A DNA stretch of 41,341 bases, taken from positions 1 to 41,341 of the forward strand of contig SKIN01000038.1 of assembly GCA_007116405.1 (NCBI GenBank), given 5' to 3'. Shown here piece after piece: positions 35,113 to 41,341 of the stretch. The notes under the pieces are model-generated. The model was given only the letters and a program-made list of their open reading frames with translations, made no database searches and was not told where the DNA came from. The position numbers and the translations under genes are program-made. Numbering within the stretch: position 1 is the first letter of the stretch; every line of letters starts with the position of its first letter. Origin of the DNA: Candidatus Kaiserbacteria bacterium (lineage in GTDB: Bacteria; Patescibacteriota; Minisyncoccia; Phycocordibacterales; UBA12088).

Positions 35113-35341
35113 GTTCACCGACGGGATGCGTCTCCGGCTCGGAAGGCCCATGCTCCCGGTGGGAGAGGTCTTCTTGCTTGCGCTCCCTCCTCCGTTCGTC
35201 GAGGCGGAAGAACAGCGCGAGCATTGTAATGACGGCACCGAGGGCAAACACGACGTATTCCTTCAATGACCTGGGGATGCCGAGGAGCGGCGTGATGAAC
35301 ACAAAAATACCAAGTATGAACAGCAAGGTCGTCTTACGCAT
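35078..35341 (-). CDS. Small two-TM membrane protein with a charged His/Glu-rich tail
   Basis: MRKTTLLFILGIFVFITPLLGIP...VVFALGAVITMLALFF, then RLDERRRERKQEDLSHREHGPSEPETHPVGEHEH. It has its own leaderless-type promoter. Confidence 0.6.
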   Translation of the reverse strand: MRKTTLLFILGIFVFITPLLGIPRSLKEYVVFALGAVITMLALFFRLDERRRERKQEDLSHREHGPSEPETHPVGEHEHVQSADREQ

Positions 35342-35348
35342 ACGCCAT

Positions 35349-35354
35349 ATTGTA
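35349..35354 (-). promoter_or_regulatory. -10 hexamer TACAAT, 7 nt upstream of ATG 35341 (leaderless)
   Basis: Minus strand reads CAGTGTACAAT-ATGGCGT-ATGCGTAAG. Confidence 0.4.
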
Positions 35355-35395
35355 CACTGTATCGCTTTGAGTGCGAAATATGGGGTCCACTGGGG

Positions 35396-36079
35396 TTATG
35401 GTGAGACAACAACCACAAATTCTCCTCGTACACGTTCCGGGTGTTCATGGAAATGGAGCGCGACCTCAGTCACACTGCCTGATATCACTTCTTCGTAAAT
35501 TTTTGTGAGTTCGCGACAGACGGTAACAGTGCGGTCAGGCTTCAGAAGGTCGTTGAGGGTGTCGAGTGTCTTTAGGATGCGATGAGGTGATTCAAACAGC
35601 ACCGCCGTGTGCTCTGCTGCCGCGACCGTTTCGAAGAATGTCTTTCTTCCCTTCTTGTGCGGAGGGAAACCAAAGAACGTGAAGCTGTCTGCGCTGTGGC
35701 CTGCGACCTGAAGCGCCGCGAGCACGGCACTCGGACCGGGAATCGTCTCTATCTGTATGTTGTCACCGAGTGCCCGTCGCGCCACGGCGACCAGATGAGC
35801 GCCCGGGTCAGAGACTGCGGGAGTGCCGGCGTCTGAGACAAGTGAGAGCCACTTTCCGTCACTAAGCTCGGCAAGAATGGCGTCGTGTGCTGCATTGCTT
35901 GAATGAGCATGGTACGAACGTACAGGCGTATGAATATCGTAGCGCGCAAGGAGTTTTTTTGTGACCCTTGTGTCTTCACAGAGGATGAGGTCACACTCTT
36001 TGAGCACACGAAGTGCTCGAAGGGTGATGTCCTCGAGGTTACCTATCGGCGTTGCGACTATGGAAAGTTTTGCCTGCAT
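35396..36079 (-). CDS. rsmI: 16S rRNA (cytidine1402-2'-O)-methyltransferase
   Basis: LSIVATPIGNLEDITLRALRVLKECDLILCEDTRVTKKLL, SDAGTPAVSDPG, FESPHR. I use the ATG at 36079. Confidence 0.92.
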   Translation of the reverse strand: MQAKLSIVATPIGNLEDITLRALRVLKECDLILCEDTRVTKKLLARYDIHTPVRSYHAHSSNAAHDAILAELSDGKWLSLVSDAGTPAVSDPGAHLVAVARRALGDNIQIETIPGPSAVLAALQVAGHSADSFTFFGFPPHKKGRKTFFETVAAAEHTAVLFESPHRILKTLDTLNDLLKPDRTVTVCRELTKIYEEVISGSVTEVALHFHEHPERVRGEFVVVVSP

Positions 36080-36085
36080 ACGGAG

Positions 36086-36094
36086 AGCATAGCA
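36086..36094 (-). promoter_or_regulatory. Extended -10 TGCTATGCT, 6 nt upstream of the rsmI ATG (leaderless)
   Basis: Minus strand reads AACCTGCTATGCT-CTCCGT-ATGCAGGCA. Confidence 0.45.
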
Positions 36095-36133
36095 GGTTGG
36101 CTTCAAAAATACAGCCTTTGGTCCTTTGGCAAC

Positions 36134-37315
36134 CTAGAATGTCGGTGTCACAACGTAGATGAGTGTCGTCGTGTAGTCGCTGCCTGCTTCCTGAAGACCG
36201 GATATCTCGAGTTTGTAGCCAACTCTTGTGGCACCGATACCTGGCGTTATGCCATCCGCAGCACCATCATGATACATCACCTCGCGGGGTTCTTGGATGA
36301 AATTACCCGCATAGAGCGCACCATCAAACGAGTTACCATCGGTAAGCGTAGTGTCGCTGGTAGTGAGCCCCCAATGACCGTATGTACCCGGAGCAGCGGG
36401 GTCGGCCGACGGAACAACCCATCCCGTGGGTACTTCCGTTCCCAGACCGTCGATGAATGAGCTGATGGTAGCGCCCGTAGAGCTCAATAGATCTGCTGTT
36501 GCCTCTACAGTTACCACAAAGCCCTCCCCTGCGTTCGTCGTGACGGAGATGTCCTGCGCAAGCAGGTACTCGTTCCCCGACTCAACGGTCCCGAAAGCAA
36601 GTGAGGTGGCTGTGGTGGTTGCAAAGGTGGTAGTTGTGTCACCGTTCACAGTCTCACCTGCATCGACGCCGAATATCTCAAACGAGAGGAATGTCGCCAC
36701 TTCACCGGTCACCAGCACCGGTTCGACAATGACGATTCGCGTGCGACCGTCATCAGGCATCGTGCCACCGAGCACGAGCTCATAGCTTCCGGGATCGGGG
36801 TGATTAATGATGCGATTCGTGCCCGAAGTCGTATTTTGACCCACTCGTATGGTAACAACACTATCTTCATCAATGTTGGTACCTCCGACACATAGTTCAA
36901 TGGTAATGGTCTGCCCACTTTGACTGACGGCAGCGTCCACACTCCCGCATGATGCGCCAACCGTGAGAGCTGTGGCGTCATCATCGATCTCGACATCATC
37001 AGGCGTAATTGCTGAAACATCAAAGCCGCTCGGCAGAACAATGTCGATAGTGGAGCCGTCAGCGGGAATCCCTGACGGGGTCTTGAAACGAATTGTATGA
37101 TCAGCGCCAATGCCCGGACGGCTGGTTGAAAGCGTGTCGCTAAGCTCGACAAGTTGCTCCGCTCCTGCGCGGGCAAGAAGACCGGGCAAGCCCATTGCCC
37201 ACATACATATTGAAACTATCAGTACTGCTCCGGCATAGGAATACCAGGGCCGCAGTACGTGACCGCGTGATGGTGAATACATGACGTACATGTTTCGTGT
37301 GGTGCGTGACGCCAC
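36134..37315 (-). CDS. Secreted/cell-surface protein of unknown function (two beta-rich domains)
   Basis: Signal-like N-terminus ...WYSYAGAVLIVSICMWAMGLPGLLARA. Thr/Gly/Val-rich beta-strand sequence ending ...AGSDYTTTLIYVVTPTF. The start is uncertain (GTG 37315, ATG 37291 or ATG 37282). Confidence 0.75.
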   Translation of the reverse strand: MASRTTRNMYVMYSPSRGHVLRPWYSYAGAVLIVSICMWAMGLPGLLARAGAEQLVELSDTLSTSRPGIGADHTIRFKTPSGIPADGSTIDIVLPSGFDVSAITPDDVEIDDDATALTVGASCGSVDAAVSQSGQTITIELCVGGTNIDEDSVVTIRVGQNTTSGTNRIINHPDPGSYELVLGGTMPDDGRTRIVIVEPVLVTGEVATFLSFEIFGVDAGETVNGDTTTTFATTTATSLAFGTVESGNEYLLAQDISVTTNAGEGFVVTVEATADLLSSTGATISSFIDGLGTEVPTGWVVPSADPAAPGTYGHWGLTTSDTTLTDGNSFDGALYAGNFIQEPREVMYHDGAADGITPGIGATRVGYKLEISGLQEAGSDYTTTLIYVVTPTF

Positions 37316-37495
37316 ACGTCTCGCTTGCGCGAGTGCTCCCTCCTTGTCGGCGCCCGCTCCGCCTATTCACGTTTGCTCGATGCGGGGCGGGACCAGGGGG
37401 TACTTAGATAGTAGCACAATAGTGTGTATAACCTGTGCCAAAGTTGTGGAAAAGCGTGGATGAACTTGTGCACAACTCGCCCGCAGGGCATGTTA

Positions 37496-38794
37496 TCAGT
37501 TTTGTGTTAGCGCGTCCGCAACCTTGTGGATGTCGCCAGCTCCCATGGTGATACATATAGTATCGTTTACTTCGTCATCGGCAAGACGACCACACAACTC
37601 CTCAATCACTACCCCAAGTGAACTGCATGCCCGTGCCGGTTTCCCTAAGGTCGTGACACGTTCGGCAAGCGCTTCACTCGTCACACCTTCGATGGGCGCC
37701 TCTCGTGCAGCATATATGGGTGCGAGCACCACCTCATCAGCAAGTGCAAGCGCGTGCGCGAACTCATCCATCAGGTCTCGAGTCCTACTATAGAGGTGCG
37801 GGTGGAACGCGACGACAATGTGTTTTGTTGGAAACTCCTTTCGGACCGCCTCAAGGGTCATGCGTATCGCGGTTGGATGGTGGGCGTAGTCGTCGTATAC
37901 CGTTGTCCCCGCAGCTGTCGTACCTCGATACTCAAAACGACGCCACGTACCTCTAAACTCACTCAGCGCCTTGTCGATATCGGCCTCATGGAGGTCCGGG
38001 TCACACGCATACGCAAGCGCCTTCGCGGCACGCGCATTCATCTTGTTGTGTTCTCCTATGGCACGCAAAGGCGGGATGGTCACGTCCTGGTACGGAACGA
38101 CGCGCACTTTTAGGTCGTGGAGTACGGGAATGACGGTTGATGAACCGGTGTCCGTGACCAGTGTCCCGTGCCCCGGGACGGCGCGTGCTATCGAACGAAA
38201 TGCATCCGTGATGTCGTCGAGGTCCTTGTAATAGTCGGTATGATCAAGTTCGATGTTGGTGATAGCGAGGATGGTCGGATGGAGCTGTAGGAAATGGCGA
38301 CGGTATTCGCATCCCTCAATGATGAATAGGTCCGGACGTCCCGGCACAAAGTTGCTTCCCTGTTCGCGGAGGATGCTTCCCGCTATTACCGTGGGCTCTT
38401 TGCCGGCGTCGATGAGTATCTTCGCAAGCATCGCCGTCGTGGTGGTCTTGCCGTGCGTGCCGGCAATGACGATACTGATGCCGTCCTTCGTGGCTTCACC
38501 AAGTGCTTCAAAATATGACACCTCACGCACCCCTCGCGTACGGGCGAGAACACGCTCGGGGTTATCCTCCGGCACCGCGTCGCTGTAGACGAGCAAGGTC
38601 GTGGTGTCCGCCACGTTACTTGCGTCATGCCCCACGATGACCTCGACACCTTTTGCGGTGAGGAGCTCGGTCACCGGTGATGTGTCGCGGTCACTGCCCC
38701 TCACCCTGTGGCCCAGAGTCGCATAGAGCTGAGCGAGGGCACTCATGCCAATGCCGCCGATACCCACCATGTGTATGTTTTGTGGGGTACTCAT
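37496..38794 (-). CDS. murC: UDP-N-acetylmuramate--L-alanine ligase
   Basis: IHMVGIGGIGMSALAQLY, IAGTHGKTTTTAML, DDYAHHP. ATGA overlap with murD. Confidence 0.95.
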   Translation of the reverse strand: MSTPQNIHMVGIGGIGMSALAQLYATLGHRVRGSDRDTSPVTELLTAKGVEVIVGHDASNVADTTTLLVYSDAVPEDNPERVLARTRGVREVSYFEALGEATKDGISIVIAGTHGKTTTTAMLAKILIDAGKEPTVIAGSILREQGSNFVPGRPDLFIIEGCEYRRHFLQLHPTILAITNIELDHTDYYKDLDDITDAFRSIARAVPGHGTLVTDTGSSTVIPVLHDLKVRVVPYQDVTIPPLRAIGEHNKMNARAAKALAYACDPDLHEADIDKALSEFRGTWRRFEYRGTTAAGTTVYDDYAHHPTAIRMTLEAVRKEFPTKHIVVAFHPHLYSRTRDLMDEFAHALALADEVVLAPIYAAREAPIEGVTSEALAERVTTLGKPARACSSLGVVIEELCGRLADDEVNDTICITMGAGDIHKVADALTQN

Positions 38795-40152
38795 AGACGA
38801 TTCACATACTCGATGAAACGGTCATTGCGTTCGTACTCATTTGCAAACATACCGAAGCTGGCAAATGCCGGTGAGAAGAGAATGCAGTCACCGGGCTGTG
38901 CAAGGTCGAGGGCAGTCGTGACCGCGTCTTCAAGTGTGTCCGCGCGATGAAAATGTTCTTGACCTCCTTCCCGCACCAACAGCTCGGTCCCCGTCCCGGG
39001 CAGGAGCACGCACGCACGTGCATGGGCTCGAACGCCGTCGAGCAGTGGCGCGACGGGAATATCCTTTTCCGCCCCGCCCGCTATCAAAACAACGCACTTC
39101 TTGTTCTCAGGGTCGAGTGCTGAAAGTGCTGCGGCGGCCGCGTCGGGAGTCGTCGCATTGTTGTCATTGTATATGGTCACCTCTCCCACCGTACGAACGG
39201 GCTCAAGGCGCCCGGGCAGTGGCGTGATGCTCGAGACACCGGAGCGGATCGCGGCATCGTCGACACCCAGTTCCCGCGCAACGGCAATGGCGATACCCAC
39301 GTTGTAGCGGTTGTGCGCTCCGAGGAGCGGCACAGACCACGCGGGGGGTACGTCGTCCGCGTCAGCAACAACAATTCGGGCTCGTATCCTCTGTCGATAC
39401 GGTTCAAGCAGTGTAAGGATGTCTCGTCCGACAACAAGAATGTCACCTTCCTTCTGGTGCAAGAATATCTGCGCTTTGTCTTCAAAGTAACGCTCCATGT
39501 CACCTTTGTAGTAGTTCATATGGTCGCGCATGAACGTAGTGAACACGGCAATACGGGGGGAATGCGGGCCTTGACGGACTCCCTCCGCGTCGAGTGATCG
39601 CTCTTCGCCAAACCCCTGCAGCTGCCATGAGTCGAGCTCGAACACTGCGGTCGCATCCGGCGTGACCTCATCGAGAAGCGCGAGGTTGGAGACACCGCGC
39701 ACGTTGCCGCCAAGAAGGACGGTGCGGTCGTCGTGGCGAAGGAGGTGCGCCACCACGTGTGTGACGGTCGACTTGCCACGGGTACCGGTGATACCCACCA
39801 TGGGTATGTCTGCTATCCGCGCGAAAAGTGACGCGCTCATGTCGACAGGCACACCTTCATTTCGCGCATGAGCGATGTGTGGCGAGTCGAGCGGCACCCC
39901 GGCACCTTTCAGGACGAGTGACCTGTCGGCGAAGTCTGCGAGCTCATGCGCACCTAGGCGATAGGTGATGGAGGGATACGGGGCGAGTGCTTCGATGGAG
40001 GATGTAAGTGCTTCGCGCGGCTTCAGGTCCGTAACGATAAGCTCGGCCCCATGACGAGCGAGGAATGCGGCGTCACCAATACCCCTCCCCAGGAGACCGA
40101 GGCCCATCTGGGTGATACGCGCCCCTTTGAATATCGTTGTCGGATCTCGCAT
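38791..40152 (-). CDS. murD: UDP-N-acetylmuramoylalanine--D-glutamate ligase
   Basis: GLGLLGRGIGDAAFLARHGAELIVTD, VGITGTRGKSTVTHVV, YNDNNATTPDA. Confidence 0.95.
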   Translation of the reverse strand: MRDPTTIFKGARITQMGLGLLGRGIGDAAFLARHGAELIVTDLKPREALTSSIEALAPYPSITYRLGAHELADFADRSLVLKGAGVPLDSPHIAHARNEGVPVDMSASLFARIADIPMVGITGTRGKSTVTHVVAHLLRHDDRTVLLGGNVRGVSNLALLDEVTPDATAVFELDSWQLQGFGEERSLDAEGVRQGPHSPRIAVFTTFMRDHMNYYKGDMERYFEDKAQIFLHQKEGDILVVGRDILTLLEPYRQRIRARIVVADADDVPPAWSVPLLGAHNRYNVGIAIAVARELGVDDAAIRSGVSSITPLPGRLEPVRTVGEVTIYNDNNATTPDAAAAALSALDPENKKCVVLIAGGAEKDIPVAPLLDGVRAHARACVLLPGTGTELLVREGGQEHFHRADTLEDAVTTALDLAQPGDCILFSPAFASFGMFANEYERNDRFIEYVNRL

Positions 40153-40185
40153 ACGTGTATAGTGGTAGCATACCAGAATCGTCTG

Positions 40186-40947
40186 CTACCGCACCTCGAT
40201 GTTGGGTTGTGTGATGCCGCAGTACTCCTGCACAAACTTCACGAACACGGGACTGTCTTCGGTGATGACAAAGCGAGTCGTGCCGCCACCTGCGTCTCTA
40301 AACCTCTGTGCGACGACGCCTGCAACTGAAAGTGCCGGGTCAACAATCACACATGTCGGTTGCACCTCCTTCACTACATCAGTAAATATCGTGCGAATGA
40401 GTGGAAAGTGAGTGCATCCAAGCAAGAGGTGCGTGTGGTCTTCTTTGAGTTCCGGAGCAAGGGCGTTGTGTACATACTCACGCATCGCGTCATCAGAGGC
40501 CCCTCCTTCGATGAGTGAGACGAGGTCCGGCAATGCGAGGCCGTCCGCCGATACACCAACCATGCGCAGACCATCTTGGTACGCATTGCTCTCTATGGTA
40601 GCGTGCGTGGCAACGACAAGCACTTTACCCTCCGTGCCACGAAGACCGGAGACGGTGGGGCCAACCATCTCAACAATATTTGCGTGTGGGAGGTCGAGTA
40701 TCTCGAACATTGGCAACACGATAGATACGGAGACACTATTGCACGCGCTCACTATCTCGGTCGCCCCTTCCCGGATGAGACGCTCGATGCCAAGGACAGT
40801 AAGGACTCCGAGCTCTTCTCTACTCTTGTTGCCGTATGGAGCGTTCTTGATGTCTCCAAAGTACACGATGTCCACATTCGGCATGCGCTCGCGCAGCACC
40901 CGCAACACCGTGAGACCCCCCGACCCGCTGTCAAATACTCCGATCAT
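40186..40947 (-). CDS. murI: Glutamate racemase
   Basis: MIGVFDSGSGGLTVL, SACNSVS, LLLGCTHFPL. The ATG at 40947 follows the upstream TGA by 1 nt. The track start at 40986 overlaps the previous gene. Confidence 0.93.
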   Translation of the reverse strand: MIGVFDSGSGGLTVLRVLRERMPNVDIVYFGDIKNAPYGNKSREELGVLTVLGIERLIREGATEIVSACNSVSVSIVLPMFEILDLPHANIVEMVGPTVSGLRGTEGKVLVVATHATIESNAYQDGLRMVGVSADGLALPDLVSLIEGGASDDAMREYVHNALAPELKEDHTHLLLGCTHFPLIRTIFTDVVKEVQPTCVIVDPALSVAGVVAQRFRDAGGGTTRFVITEDSPVFVKFVQEYCGITQPNIEVR

Positions 40948-40948
40948 A

Positions 40949-41341
40949 TCACCAGCTGCCTCCTCTCCCTCCGCCAAAGCCGCCACCGACCGACCCGCCT
41001 CCCGAGGAGCCGGATGAGCGCGGTGCCGCGGACGTAGCGATGTCAGTGCTGAGGACCCTCACGTCGCGGGCAAACGACGTCGCCGATAATGCCGACCCGC
41101 CACCCGAGTACCAGTGTGGAGGTTGTGTGTACACGTCTTTGAATTGTTCGGCCCATGCCTGCTCTACGCCGAGCGCAACAGCGTACGGCAGAAACGCGTC
41201 GAATCGCTCGGGAGTACGCTCGGGAGCATTGTGGAATGCAAGGCGGTCCTTCTCTGCTAACACAAGGTATCGTTTGAATCCCTCAACGTGTTCCTTCGCG
41301 TGTACTCCTTCCCGTGTCTTAGCAGGCATGAACATGCCACC
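40949..41341 (-). CDS. DUF2207-family membrane protein, C-terminal part (5'-partial; continues beyond the right edge)
   Basis: FKRYLVLAEKDRLAFHNAPERTPERFDAFLPYAVALGVEQAWAEQF...PPHWYSGGG...SSGSSGGGSVGGGFGGGRGGSW is the typical DUF2207 C-terminus with a Gly-rich tail ending in W. The frame stays open to position 41341. Confidence 0.75.
   Translation of the reverse strand, partial: GGMFMPAKTREGVHAKEHVEGFKRYLVLAEKDRLAFHNAPERTPERFDAFLPYAVALGVEQAWAEQFKDVYTQPPHWYSGGGSALSATSFARDVRVLSTDIATSAAPRSSGSSGGGSVGGGFGGGRGGSW

Overview
This is a 41.3 kb, very gene-dense chromosomal window with about 33 protein genes. All but two are on the minus strand. Many genes overlap by 4 nt (ATGA) or have tiny spacers. 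I found no rRNA, tRNA, CRISPR array, transposase or integrase. The recognisable housekeeping genes are gatB, obg, secA, murB, rsmI, murC-murD-murI, a yvcK/CofD-like gene and a CDP-alcohol phosphatidyltransferase. The accessory content includes a lamin-tail-domain (LTD) surface protein, a DUF2207 protein, an O-antigen-ligase/TPR fusion, HTH-plus-TM-anchor proteins and an archaeal-style glycogen cluster (GT, GH57, GH15). This style of content suggests a Patescibacteria/CPR (Parcubacteria-like) genome, but that is inference only. Standard genetic code is used. Four things stand out. (1) A seven-gene F-type ATPase-like operon (8404->2249) has a complete F1 head and stalks but no a subunit and no canonical c subunit. 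Its first gene is a secreted-domain protein ending in a c-subunit-like hairpin that lacks the ion-binding carboxylate, its alpha subunit has a destroyed P-loop, its b-like stalk is about twice normal length, and its epsilon is truncated. (2) A recurrent promoter geometry places a -10 hexamer (consensus TGGTATACT-like) 6-9 nt upstream of a start codon at eleven sites. This implies widespread leaderless mRNAs. Two of these sites (upstream of the glycogen synthase gene and murB) are tiny leaderless uORFs whose start codon sits in the base of a long hairpin. (3) A leaderless two-gene operon encodes a soluble TraD/VirD4-like P-loop ATPase with a repeated peptide motif in a Pro-rich tail, followed by an LTD-PKD-LTD tail-anchored surface protein. 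(4) There are several small or odd proteins. These include an unannotated 52-aa (KKA)n basic protein upstream of secA, a Lys-rich/Cys-rich protein inside the glycogen cluster, and an APH-fold protein with an ablated catalytic loop coupled to a glycosyltransferase. All domain calls come from reading the translations by eye, with no database search, so they need HMM confirmation.
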